Shown: positions 1 to 12,655 of the stretch, in pieces
Layout: every line of letters starts with the position of its first letter
Numbering within the stretch: the stretch's first letter is position 1
DNA from: Octopus vulgaris
Lineage: Eukaryota
Direction: 5' to 3'
DNA length: 64,000 nt
Assembly: GCA_951406725.2 (NCBI GenBank)
Contig: OX597833.1
Location: 43,896,001-43,960,000, forward strand
Program-made: the position numbers and the translations under genes
Notes under the pieces: model-generated
The model's input: the letters and a program-made list of their open reading frames with translations, nothing else
Databases searched by the model: none
Told to the model about the DNA's origin: nothing

Positions 1-151
1 CGACATGTTAGACAATCTGATGCCAGACCAAATACGAAATCTGATTTTATCATCAATGAGTATAATTACCACGCTGTTCGCTATTTCATATTTCATTCCT
101 TTGTTTATTGGTTTTCTCTTGCCATTGGGATGTCTATATTTTCTTCTCTTG
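1..151 (+). CDS. ABCC1: ABCC/MRP1-like transporter, TMD2 exon (5' part lies outside the window)
   Basis: Frame from nt 2 reads DMLDNLMPDQIRNLILSSMSIITTLFAISYFIPLFIGFLLPLGCLYFLLL, matching the MRP1 TM14-15 region; GTGAGT donor at 152. The symbol is the best family match, not proven orthology. Confidence 0.88.
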
Positions 152-573
152 GTGAGTATGAAGTAAACTACTTTATATTTTGTATCAGCTTAACCATTAC
201 TAAACCCCACTGTCAATTATATATTGAAATTTTCCTTTTGGTATCACATTGCACCTAGCTGTTTATATTAAGTTCTTGTATATGCAATAGCATTCCACTA
301 AATCATCCATACATTTTTATGGTAAATATATATATATGCTGACAGGCAGAATTAGCCAAACATATGCCATTCGAGCAGTCCTCACTGATGATGTCTATGG
401 ACTAGATGAACCTAGACGTTGAGTATGAAGATTCTCAAGTCGGCATGGGGTGGTTGCCTCCCCTGCACTCTTCCTACAGCATTAAAAGTATTTTAACTCT
501 TATTTCTAGCAACTTAGTGACAACTGCATTTTTCCTTTATGGTATCATATTGTACCTAGCTGTTTATATTAAT

Positions 574-632
<59 letters not shown>

Positions 633-698
633 AATATTAGGGAGTATAACTCCAAACTTACAGGAAAAAATTCAATTTAGTATTAAATCAAATTTCAC

Positions 699-995
699 AA
701 TATAAATTAGAGATAAAACCACTATTATGCAACTCAGTGATAGACATAAACCAAAACATAAATAACAAATAATATATATTTTTATAAAATATATAACTTA
801 TAACTAGATCTCAAAAAGTATAAAAATGAATGATCAATATATAATAATTAATAATTAATATTATATATTGATCATTCATTTTTATACTTTTTGAAATCTA
901 GTTATACGTTTTATAAAAATATATGTTATTTGTTATTTATGTTTTGGTTTATGTCTATCATTGTTTGAGTTGCATAATAGTGGTTTTATCTCTAA

Positions 996-1003
<8 letters not shown>
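699..1003. repeat. Long inverted repeat (arms ~150 bp), PLE-terminus-like
   Basis: 699-~848 is the reverse complement of ~856-1003; the arm start resembles the element beginning at ~1035. Confidence 0.85.
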
Positions 1004-1029
<26 letters not shown>

Positions 1030-1040
<11 letters not shown>

Positions 1041-3640
1041 TATTAGAGACAAAACCACTATTTTGCAAAACAAACAAGGAAAGACTTAATCAATACATAA
1101 AATTTTAATAAATAGTCAAAAAAACCGCCACTACAATTGTTTCTTGTCTTGATCGACAATCTTCAGGTGGACTTCCAATCTAAAATATCAATATTTTAAA
1201 ATATAAAAATAATAATTTTAAAATAATTAAAGTATGAATGAAAAAATATAAATATATAATCCATATATAACCTATATATAATCCATATATAATCAATATA
1301 TAAACAATATATAAACTAAAATAAACCTATCAACAATTAAATATAAAATATAAAATATAAAATATAAAACAAAAGAAAATAATAATAATATAATAATAAA
1401 CTATATATACACCCATACACATATACCTAATTATATATAACCATATCTAACTACATACACTAAATCACACACCTATATATATATCCCTATACATACACAT
1501 AAAAACGTCTAGGCAACTATAAATAAATAAAATAGCTAAATACTTCAACACAAAACTTATTCATACTCCCACACACACACACATACAACCCACATTCACG
1601 CTCTAGAAAACGGACATCACTTAAAATTATGAACGGAGAAATGGAATAAATGGAATTAAAAATTATATTCACTTGGTAAAACGAACACTACTTAAAAATT
1701 ATGAATGAAACAATGCAATAAAACAACAGACATCGCAAATAGACACAAATTACTACGAATTCCTTAACAAACCTACCATGATAAACCAAAACTCATAAAA
1801 ACATATAATGATAAAATCTCCCTTTACTAAACTCTATAACATACCTATATAGCAATCCCCCTAACCTAAACATTCACATACAAATACACACACATAAACC
1901 ACACACCCACGACATATACAAATACCCACACCACTTACACATACCTATACATACATATAAACCTCAACATATACTCCAAAAACCCACTCAACCCCACACA
2001 GACAAATAAACACAAAAATTATGAATGGATTCTTTTATAAAACTACCATGATAAGCTAAAACTCACAAAACATAAATGATAAAACCTCCCTTTACTAAAC
2101 ACTATAACATACTTATATAGCAATCCCTTTAACCTATACATTCACACACAAATACACACACGTAAACCACACACCCATAACAAATACAAACACCCACCCC
2201 ACTCACACACACCCACAAGTACATATAAGCCTCAACATATACACCAAACAAAATTACTTTACCAAGGAACTTAACATATGTATAAAAAATATATAACCGC
2301 TCTGGAAACGAACATCTTTAAAATAATGAATGGAGAAATGGAATAAATGGAATTAAAAATAATATTCACGTGGCAAAACGAACACCACTCAAAAATTATG
2401 AATGAAACAATGTAATAAAACAACCAACATCGAAAATAGACAAATTACCACGAATTCCCTAAAAAAAACCATGATAAACCAAAACTCTTAAAAACATATA
2501 ACGATAAAATCTCCCTTTGCTAAACTCTATAACAAACCTATATAACAATCCCCCTAACCTAAACATTCACACACAAAAAAACACACACGTAAACCACAGA
2601 CCCACAACTTATACACATACCTATACTAACTTATAAACCTCAATATACACAAAAAACCCACTCCCTCCCCACACAGACAAATTAACACATACATCCCAAA
2701 ACCTAAATAACAAACCCATATACACATTCACACAGAAGCACACACACACGCAAAACACACACACACAACAGATACATATACTCCCTCAATATACGCATAT
2801 ACATACTCACTAAACTCGATATATACAACAATATTTACACACCCACACTCATACAGATAAATAAATTATACAACTAAAAAGTCACACACAATCTCATATA
2901 CATAAACACTCCAATAAAAAACAACATTAAATACATCGTAATTAACCAGAATATCAAAAATAACAATATGACATAAGGAGAAATAAAATACATACTTACA
3001 AGTCAGTTTCAAATTATGAAGTGAAATTAAATTCTTAGCCGTTAAAAAAATCAAACCAAAATTACGTTACCATAGAAATATAACTTATGTAAAAAAAGAA
3101 TACGCGCCATGGAAAGTAAACGTCATTTAAAATTATGAATGGAGAAATAGAATAAATGGAACTAAAAACTATATACACGTGGCAAACCATCACTACTTAA
3201 AAAAATTTATTATGAATGGATTCTTTAATAAAACTACCATAATAATAAATTATTATATACATTTATGAGCTTTAGCTCATCTTAGCAGCTCTAACAAACA
3301 ACTAGCAGTAACCCAAATCTATTCTCGATGCCTGCCTTACTACTACACTATTCCATTCCCAATTCCAAGCAACGCTAGCCCACCACCCGGTTACAATTCC
3401 CAACTCCACCCATTCATTCACAATTTCAACGACGTTCACCTCAACAGCGCTACATATAAGCCTCAACATATACACCGGAGATTCACTTTCACATCCGTGC
3501 GGATGGGTGAGAGTATACATTAAGTGTAGTGATGGGGCTCCCATTACTATACACATTTGTACCTGTGTGGTAGTCTCCATGTGTATATTCACGCACGGGT
3601 ATAAATGCAGGGGGTACACGCGCACGGCATGTATATATAT
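1030..3640 (-). mobile_element. Non-coding PLE-derived segment with hammerhead and internal tandem repeats
   Basis: Hammerhead at 1128-1170; repeated block aaattatgaa(c/t)ggagaaat... at ~1625, ~2322 and ~3131; plus strand strongly G-poor. Confidence 0.55.
1128..1170 (-). ncRNA. Minimal type-I hammerhead ribozyme, intact (PLE-associated)
   Basis: Minus strand reads CCAC-CUGAAGA-UUGUC(gaucaa)GACAA-GAAAC-aauu-GUA-GUGG: perfect stems I and II, full core, palindromic stem III (ACAAUUGU). Confidence 0.85.
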
Positions 3641-3887
3641 ATATACATATATATATTATATATACATATATATATTAGAGACACACACACACACACATAT
3701 GAATAGACAGGTCACTTTAATCATTCATAGCATTATTGAAAGATATTAGAACTATTGTTGTTACTCTTTGTTGTTACTACCTATTACTCTTTTGAACCAT
3801 CCATCAACCCTCTAAATATTCTAAATACCCACACTCAGTGGATGTATCCTGTTTGTATCTTATAATTTCTTATCTGTCTTTTCACAG

Positions 3888-4087
3888 CATTTCTACATAC
3901 CAACTGCTCGGCAGTTGCAGAGGTTTGAATCTGTAAGCCGTTCACCAATATACAACCATTTCAGTGAAACCCTGTCTGGGTCAGTGTCAATAAAGGCATA
4001 CAAAGCAACGTCACGTTTCATGAGTGAAGCTGAAAAGAGAATCACCAAGAACTTCAAGTCCTACTACAATATGAAAATGGCAAACAG
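3888..4087 (+). CDS. ABCC1: ABCC/MRP1-like exon (ICL4: HFYIPTARQLQRFESVSRSPIYNHFSETLSG...MANR)
   Basis: ttcacag acceptor and gtatgt donor; contains the conserved MRP motif RQLxRxESVSRSPIYxHFSETL. Confidence 0.95.
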
Positions 4088-4492
4088 GTATGTATAAAAT
4101 AGTGTTTATCTTTTTGGGATATCCTGTTCTCCACAGCAAAAGTGTTATTGCCAAATGCCCCATGTGATGAGGATTGACCTGTAAGAGTCATGTACCGGTG
4201 CCACATAAAAAGTATGTATGTCAGTGCCACATAAAAGCACTTGTATTGGTGTGATGTCACTGGTGCCAAGCTGTATTGGCCTTTGCCTTTCCCTTGGATA
4301 ACATCAGTAACAGGGAGAGGGGAAGCTGGTATGCATGAGTGACTGCTGGTCTTCCATAAACAATCTTGCCTGGACTTCTGCCTCAGAGGGTAACTTTCAT
4401 GACCAAAGGGGGTCTTTACCTTTTTATACACACACACACACACACACTGACTGACAAGATAATCAGTTTCTGTTATTTTTCTTCTTTTTCAG

Positions 4493-4619
4493 ATGGATGG
4501 CTATGCGTGTTCAGTTGATGGGGTCATTTCTGGTATTCTTCTCCGGTTTAGCTGGAGTTATTTCAAAAGGATCTCTCAACGGAGGACTGTTGGGCATGAG
4601 CATAAATTTCTCAATAGAG
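4493..4619 (+). CDS. ABCC1: ABCC/MRP1-like exon (TM16: RWMAMRVQLMGSFLVFFSGLAGVISKGSLNGGLLGMSINFSIE)
   Basis: tttttcag acceptor with phase 2 continuing the previous exon; gtacat donor; aligns to MRP RWLAVRLE...GLVGLSVSYSLQ. Confidence 0.93.
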
Positions 4620-5199
4620 GTACATATTGATTTTTGATTACATCAGAGATTGGTGGTGGTGGTGGGGGGGTACATTATGGTGTTTGTTTTGGTACACCTT
4701 ATTTTTGTTTTTGAACACCATTTTATATGTACACTCTGATTTTGTGTGTATCTTGATTTTAGAGATGGGCAAATTCAAGAACTATCCCTTATGGTACACA
4801 TTCTAGCTATGCCACTATATATATTTTTTCCTATCTTGTCTGTAATAGATTTGTGACTATTCGGTGGTACAGAAATATTTTTTGACTCCTATCATTAGCG
4901 ATATAAGTACTCATGTAGTACCTTTGTGTATATATGTACATATCTAATATTGTATGTATATATTTTATTAATTTGCCTGTATGGCTGATAATTCGCTTAC
5001 CACTTGTGATGGTATTTTAATAATACCATCCCTATATATTTATATATATATATATATATAGGTGAGAGAGTTGGTGTGTGAATGCATATGTCTGTAGTTT
5101 TTTCATTCTTATTTATTTTATATATATATATATAGATATATATATCTACACACACACACAGACTTACACACACATTAATATTTGTTTCTATTTCAATAG

Positions 5200-5301
5200 A
5201 TAACTGATTTTCTGAACTGGATGTTGTACAATTTGACTGAGTTTCAAACAAGTCTCGTATCCATTGAGAGAATTGATGATTTCAGTGATATTGAGCCTGA
5301 G
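5200..5301 (+). CDS. ABCC1: ABCC/MRP1-like exon (TM17: ITDFLNWMLYNLTEFQTSLVSIERIDDFSDIEPE)
   Basis: tttcaatag acceptor and gtaagt donor; 102 nt, phase 0-0; LNW...VSIERI motif. Confidence 0.93.
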
Positions 5302-5409
5302 GTAAGTTGAGTTTGGCTAATATTTATTTTGTAAAAAAAAGGAAGCTCAATTAAGAATATGTGAGTGTGTGCATATATATATATATTTATATATATATAT
5401 ACATATACA

Positions 5410-6105
5410 CACATACATATAAGAGGAATGACCACTAAGTGGACATCCATTTTGCTAGAAGTAGACCAGCTATGGTCTTACCACTAAGTAAGGATTGTTC
5501 TCAAGAAAATTTAGTAAACGCCAGAACGTAAGTGAGCAAGACAAATGAAAAGATACAAAATATAAAGATTAATCATAAACTCGCTTTCGTTGTTACCACT
5601 TATGTAATTACTTACATAATTGTCTGCAACTCATCAGTGTGATCGTAATAGCAAAATATAATTTGAAAAACTATAAACGAGACGTCCGTATGAGATTGAA
5701 CAAGTATACAGTTCTACAAATTACGTTTGGGGTTATATTTCAAAAGTGTTCGTTAGAGAACATAGTTGTTTAAATTTAAAATGGTAAGGGGGAAAAATTG
5801 AATATTAATTTGATTAATCTCAATTTAAAACCAGTGGCCTAGCAAATAGAAAAATCTGAAGATTCAGAAAAATTATATTCCATACATATAAGAGGGATGA
5901 CCACTAAGTGGACATCTATTTTGCTAGAAGTAGACCACCTATGGTCTTACTACTAAGAAAGGATTGTTCTCAAGAAAATTTAGCAAACACCAGAACGTAA
6001 GTGAGCAAGACAAATGAAAAGATACAAAATATACAGATTAATCACAAACCAGGTTTCGTTGTTACCACTTACGTAATTACTTATGTAATTGTCTGCAACT
6101 TGGAA
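5410..6105 (-). mobile_element. Tandem pair of PLE-like terminal repeats
   Basis: 5410-5630 is repeated at 5880-6100; contains a hammerhead motif. Confidence 0.65.
5572..5643 (-). ncRNA. Hammerhead motif, partly degenerate, in a tandem PLE terminal repeat
   Basis: AUCACA-CUGAUGA-GUUG...CAAC-GAAA-gcga-GUU-UAUGAU. The second tandem copy (~6041-6100) keeps GAAAC-cug-GUU-UGUGAU but lacks CUGAUGA. Confidence 0.6.
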
Positions 6106-6808
6106 GTTGTGGACAATTGACCGTTTCTCATCTTGTAAAAATTCTCATCTATAAAAATTGACCCTTTCTCATCTTGTATGAGAAATACTGAATATCTTCA
6201 TGCACTATCTGCCTGATAAGAAACTCAGACAATCAATCATGACCTTGACACTCATCCAACTCTCTTTGAATCCTCTACACTGTCCTCAGATTGACACCCA
6301 AACACTCTGAAATGTTCGTATTGGCGCTTTCGATGTGAATGCCAAACAGTACAGCCTGTCGTTTCCAAAATACTGGCTGAGTGAATTGTGTCAAAGTGCT
6401 GATTTTTTCACAGACAGTGCCCAACTAACCCTACTGTACTGTGTGGTCAACAAAATCTAAAACAAGCAGTGCACATGCGTGAAATCAAAAATATGAAATG
6501 GTGACAGTTTACCCATCGCACCCTGCATATATATTGTCGGGAAAGTTCTGTGCATTTTTAAGCTAAATCTTTTAATGCTTCATGGAACACACCTGAAATG
6601 TGACAAAGTAATTACTTATGTAATTGTCTGCAACTTGTAAGTTACAGACAATTGACTCTTTCTCATCTTGTAAAAATTCTCATCTATAAAAATTGACCCT
6701 TTCTATCTTGTATGGGTGTTGCTTGAAGTGGTTGTGCATTTCTTCTTTGTTCCTGGCTAAAAACATCGTATTTTTTGTACACATTTCATGACGTCCTGTG
6801 CTCACATA

Positions 6809-6809
<1 letters not shown>

Positions 6810-6853
<44 letters not shown>

Positions 6854-6926
6854 GTAAGTATGTACATGTATGTATATATATATATATATATATATATACG
6901 TATAGATGTAAGTATGTACATATATG

Positions 6927-6960
<34 letters not shown>

Positions 6961-6988
6961 CGTATAGATGTAAGTATGTACATATATG

Positions 6989-7032
<44 letters not shown>

Positions 7033-7059
7033 GTATAGATGTAAGTATGTACATATATG

Positions 7060-7094
<35 letters not shown>

Positions 7095-7262
7095 GTATAG
7101 ATGTAAGTATGTACATATATGTATGTATATATATATATATATATACGTATAGATGTAAGTATGTACATATATGTATGTATATATGTATATACATTATTTA
7201 TATATATACGTATAGATGTAAGTATGTACATATATGTATATATATATGCATATGTATATACA

Positions 7263-7290
<28 letters not shown>
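6810..7290. repeat. Compound minisatellite: (TA)n-CGTATAGATGTAAGTATGTACATATATGTAT units
   Basis: About 6-7 near-identical cores separated by variable (TA)n. Confidence 0.9.
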
Positions 7291-7303
<13 letters not shown>

Positions 7304-7740
7304 TACACACACAATAGGTATATATTGGAACTCATCAGAACCATGCATCCCATTTGAATATGATGATTATGGTTTATATATTTATTAATATTTAGCAGAA
7401 ACAACAGAGTGACTTATGGGCAGAGAGTTTCATGTGTTAGCACTTATCAAAGGTTGATAAAAGTCTCGGCCCTTGCACCACTCTGTAGCTTCTGCGAAAT
7501 ATTAATAACAATATACATACAGTCATGTTTTGAGTTCTATTTTTTCCTGTTTGCATCCCCATACCAATAAATATACACACACATACACAGACACACATGC
7601 ACACACATACATGCATACACACACAGATACATACATAAATACATATGCACACACACATCTAAATAATTTTGTGAAATTTTCTGAAACAGTATAGTTTTAG
7701 TATTCTTCATTTATTTAATGCTTTATATACTTGGATGCAG

Positions 7741-7887
7741 GCTGCTTGGATATTGGATGACCACAGACCCGATCAGAACTGGCCACAAGCTGGAGAGGTG
7801 GTCTTGAAAGACTACTCTACAAGATATCGACCAGGACTGGAACTGGTTCTGAAAGGAGTTTCATGCCATATTCATTCTGGAGAAAAG
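7741..7887 (+). CDS. ABCC1: ABCC/MRP1-like exon (start of NBD2: AAWILDDHRPDQNWPQAGEVVLKDYSTRYRPGLELVLKGVSCHIHSGEK)
   Basis: atgcag acceptor and gtaaat donor; WPxxGxV..YSTRYRPGLxLVLK motif. Confidence 0.96.
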
Positions 7888-8189
7888 GTAAATATTTCTT
7901 CCATTAAATAAGCTCTAAAACTGCATCCCAAAAGATTAGACTTTTTTTCTTTAACCCTTTTGGTATCAACCCACCTGAAACTACCTCTGGCTCTGTAGTA
8001 CAAATGTTTTGTTTTCAAAAGTTCTGAATTAAAATCTTCTACCAAAACTTAGTCAAAATTTATGTTCTTAGCACTACCTTAATGATAACTAAGTTATTTT
8101 ACCAAATTCTTTGTTATATTCAAAATTAATTGAAAGAAACATAGAATAGCTCAACATAAATATGGAAACACAGAGAATCTCAACAGAAA

Positions 8190-8910
8190 TCATCATCATC
8201 GTTTAAAATCCGTTTTCCATGCTGGCATGGGTTGGATAGTTTGACTGGGGAATGGCAAGCCAGGTGGCCACACCAGGCTCCAATCTGATCTGGCAATGTT
8301 TCTACAGTTGGATGCCTTTCCTAGCACCAACCACTCCAAGAGTGTGGTGGGTGCTGTTTAAATGCCATTGGCACAGGAACCAGTCAAGCAGCACTGGCAT
8401 TAGCCATATTCAGATGGAGGTTTTTACGTGCCAGTGGCATAGGAGCCAGTCGGGGCAAGTAGGCTGGCATCGATTGCCTCTGGATGGTGCCTTCTACATG
8501 CCACTGGCACGGGAGTCAGTCAGGTGGCACTGGCATTGGCCATGTTTGGATGGTGCTTTTTACATGCCACTGGCACAAGGGGGCTGGCATTCACCACGTT
8601 CAAATGGTGCTTTTTACGTGCCACCGACATGGGCAGCCAGTCAGGCAGCACTGGCAATGACCCACGCATGATTGATGCTTATTGCGTGCCACCAGTATAG
8701 GAGCCAGTCAGGCATCACTGACATCAGTCACTACAATTTCCATTTGATTGTGGTTTGATTTGATTTATTTGACTCAATAGGTCTCCTCAAGCATAGCATG
8801 TCACCTGACAATCCAAAGGTATTGTTTTAAGTGGGTTGGTTATGCGACAATGGTGTAGGCTACAGCTGTGATCTCACTTTACTTGCTGGGTCTTCTCAGT
8901 CACAGTACAT
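8190..8910 (-). mobile_element. SINE/RTE-tail-like repeat with internal tandem GGTGCTTTTTACGTGCCAC units and a (GAT)n tail
   Basis: Same family as 13430-13667 (+), ~25840-26000 and ~4140-4280. Confidence 0.6.
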
Positions 8911-9057
8911 CTCTTATTCAGACAGCCTTTTATTCAGTTTTCATCTACTCAGTTTCATTTACAATACTTGAGTCAACCTATCTATGTGTATACATGCAAA
9001 CATAAATTTACAACCTTATATTCATATATGTCTGTCTGTATATATGTGTGTGCATGA

Positions 9058-9414
<357 letters not shown>

Positions 9415-10049
9415 TAACAAAATTGTAATTTTCGTTGTCTTTAGTCAGTAAGTGTTATTTTCTATTTTCTTCTGTCTTGAAATCAAAGTAAGTAACCGTT
9501 ATTCCCTTCAAACGTTACTTTTGTGACCTAGAAATAAAATGTTTTGAAACTGACCTATTTTCCATTACATTTCAGACAGATTCAGCACTGAGTTGCTGAA
9601 GTAGAAATATCGCTATAGCAAATATTCTACTCACTACCACATATTTGCTTGTCAGTTGCTTGAGCATGTCTCTTAGTGGCTGACAATATGTGCATCCCTG
9701 ATCATGAGCAGGAGTAGTTGGGGAGCATCATAGCCATGTGTTGAGAGGGATTTTTTTGGGGTTTGAATAAATGTAAGAAAATCAAAGTTTGAAGGAAATA
9801 TTCACCATTTTTCATACTTTCTAGGGGTAAGCAAATAGGAAATGACAGTTACTACTCAAGGGCAAAAATCATGTTACTCAGTGTTACGAGTATTATTCAC
9901 ATAATGTTAGCATACCATTTCCCAGGGACCAACTTGTAAAATTTGCTTCTGTGAAAATGCATAGTACTCCATTTGCTCCACTATTATTGCTCTATAGAGA
10001 GCTGAATCATCTCCTAAATACACATCATATTGTGATGTAGTTTATATAA

Positions 10050-10290
10050 GTTAAGTTAATTTTTTGGCTCAAAAAGCAAAAAGCAACGCCATGTAGGGGG
10101 ACATGGAGTTATGTACAGGGAGGGTGTTCATGCAAAGAGTTCAGGCCATTTCTGGTCAAGAGAGACTTTGAACCGAGCGGTCGTCGGCATCTTCACTATC
10201 TTGTCCGGCAGCTTATTCCACGGATCCGCAACCCGGACGGAGAAAGCCCCTCTCCTTCGATTGAGATGAAATCGTCACAGATAGAGCTTG
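10050..10290 (-). mobile_element. CR1/Jockey-group LINE 3' fragment
   Basis: Minus strand reads RFHLNRRRGAFSVRVADPWNKLPDKIVKMPTTARFKVSLDQKW, a typical ORF2 C-terminal F-S-x-R-V-x-x-x-WNxLP motif. Confidence 0.7.
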
Positions 10291-10589
10291 TACATATTGT
10301 TCATGTAGTTCTGCATAGATACACTCCCATAGGTAAATTAATCTAGCTGTAAGCATACACCTGAGCTAGTTATTACCCATATATTTGACACCAAATGATG
10401 AATGTCTCATCAAAGTTAACAGCCTTTATGTACTGTTGAATGATTAATATGTATCTTTCACACTGCAACTGAGTTTGTTCAGTTAGTTCCAACATAGATT
10501 CTAAGATCAAATCACTTGCCTGGCAAGTACACCTCTAAAATATATGTGTGTTTGTATGTGTATATTATATAATAAAAAAAATAAATGCG

Positions 10590-10835
10590 CCCTTTTAAAG
10601 CCTAGCCAGGCTCATGAGCCCGGTTTCTCGATTTCAATGGCATATGTGTTCCCCAGCTGGATGGGACGCCAGTCCATCACAGCGTTACTCATTTTTGCCA
10701 GCTGAGTGGACTGGAGCAACGTGAAATGAAGTGTTTTGCTCAAGAACACAATGCATCGCCTGGTCCAGGAATCGAAACCACAATCTTACAATCATGATGC
10801 TGACACCCTTACCACTAAGCCACGTGCCTCCACTA
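10590..10835 (-). mobile_element. tRNA-derived SINE
   Basis: A box TGGCTTAGTGG and B-box-like GTTTCGATTCC, then a GATGGACTGGCGTCCCATCC body; related copy at ~25255-25530 (+). Confidence 0.7.
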
Positions 10836-11088
10836 TTATATAATATATATAGGTTTGGTAGCATAAACAGAAAAATAGAATTCAAAATACGTATGTATAT
10901 ATTTTTGTTTAATTAGAAGTTACAAAGTGACTTAATGGCTAAGTGTGTAGGTGTATGCGTTTCTCTCTGTGTATGTGTGTATTTAAACACTAGATAAATG
11001 GTAGAAACTTTGGAATACAAGACAAAAATCTCTTGTAATATTTGGTGTTATTCAAGTCATTAACATTAAAACTTGATTTTTATTTCAG

Positions 11089-11255
11089 GAACCTTTTCTT
11101 TTTTCTGATTCCCTTCGAAGCAATCTAGATCCTTTCAATAAATACACTGATGGAGAACTATGGAAAGCACTTGAACATGCACATTTGGTCGATTATGTGA
11201 AGTCTCAACCTTCAGGTTTACAGTATGAGTGTGGAGAAGGAGGACAAAATCTAAG
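11089..11255 (+). CDS. ABCC1: ABCC/MRP1-like exon ([16 protein letters not shown]...GEGGQNLS)
   Basis: tttcag acceptor and gtgaat donor; [15 protein letters not shown] and EGGQNLS motifs. Confidence 0.96.
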
Positions 11256-12135
11256 GTGAATTTTCTAATGCTTGCTAATTTTTTAATCTTCCTCACTCGT
11301 AACTGTCATTTTAGAAAGAGAGAATAAAACACCTAAGAAAATATCCAGTATATTTTACTAGCACAAAGACACACAAACACACGTGTATATACGATGGATT
11401 TCTTCCAGTTTCCATCTACCAAATCTACTCACAAAGCCTTGGTTAGCCCAAGGCTAAAATAGAAGACACTTGCCCAAGGTGCCATTCAGTGGGACTGGAC
11501 TCAGAACCATGTGATTCAGAAGCAAGCTTCTTATTTCTTTATTGCCTACAAGGGGCTAAACATAGAGGGGACAAACAAGGACAGACAATGGGATTAAGTC
11601 GATTACATTGACCCCAGTGCGTAACTGGTACTTATTTAATTGACCCTGAAAGGATGAAAGGCAAAGTCGACCGCGGCGGAATTTGAACTCAGAACGTAAC
11701 AGTAGACGAAATACGGCTATGCATTTTTGCCTGGCGTGCTAACGATTTTGCCAGCTCGCCACCGTCTTACCACATAGATACACCTACACACACACACACA
11801 TGCATGCACGCATAGTGTGTTTGGGCTAAATTTGACAATACAGAAAAAGAAAGGACTGTTTTTAAAAAATCAAAAAATATCAACAGTTTAATCAAAGTAG
11901 CTGCTCTCAGCTTCCACCACTGCCTCAAGATGGCTGTGGAACCTGGTGCATGTGTTCCTTACTGTCTCTCTAGGAAGATCTTTGAACACAAAGCCGGCAA
12001 CTTCCAGGGGGCCAGTAAGTCATTTACATCAACCCCCAGTGTTTAACTGGTACTTACTTTATCTACTTATTTTAATCATTCTGCCAGCTCACTGCCTTAA
12101 TAATAAAGCATACTAGACATCATCATCATAGCTAA

Positions 12136-12354
<219 letters not shown>

Positions 12355-12616
12355 TAAGAGAGCCATCCCTGCTATTGTTCATGCCATGTTTTGATAGTTA
12401 TCAGAGTTGTTGCTGCTGTTGTTCACCTGTTTAGCTGCTTGAGTTATGTGACTATATTGTGGTCATTATTATTACTGTAACACTGCTGTTGTTGTTTAGG
12501 CCCAGGTCAACACTGATTGAGTAAGCTTTTGATCAAAGATGTTACAGTCATGCCTGTGATATGCTAAAAGGTGTCACAGTCACCTTTTTTGCATATCAAA
12601 AAAAGACACACACACA

Positions 12617-12655
<39 letters not shown>

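Noticed and set aside
381-423. Hammerhead-like CTCA-CTGATGA...GAAC...TGAG as a functional ribozyme
   Set aside because: GAAA is broken and no valid NUH fits the stem I register; counted only as a relic.
6810-7290. CRISPR-like look of constant ~30-bp units with variable spacers
   Set aside because: The spacers are only (TA)n, the context is a eukaryotic intron, and there are no cas genes.
6680-7388. Long ORFs rich in YI/CV/HT repeats (also ~14.8-15.2, 26.4-27.9, 37.4-38.1 and 49.4-50.1 kb)
   Set aside because: These are translations of (TA)n, (CA)n and (TATG)n microsatellites, which lack stop codons; no protein signal.
8340-8720. Regularly spaced GGTGCTTTTTACGTGCCAC repeats and the 139-aa ORF 8252-8671
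   Set aside because: The spacers are related to each other; this is an internal tandem expansion of a common SINE-like repeat seen elsewhere in the window.
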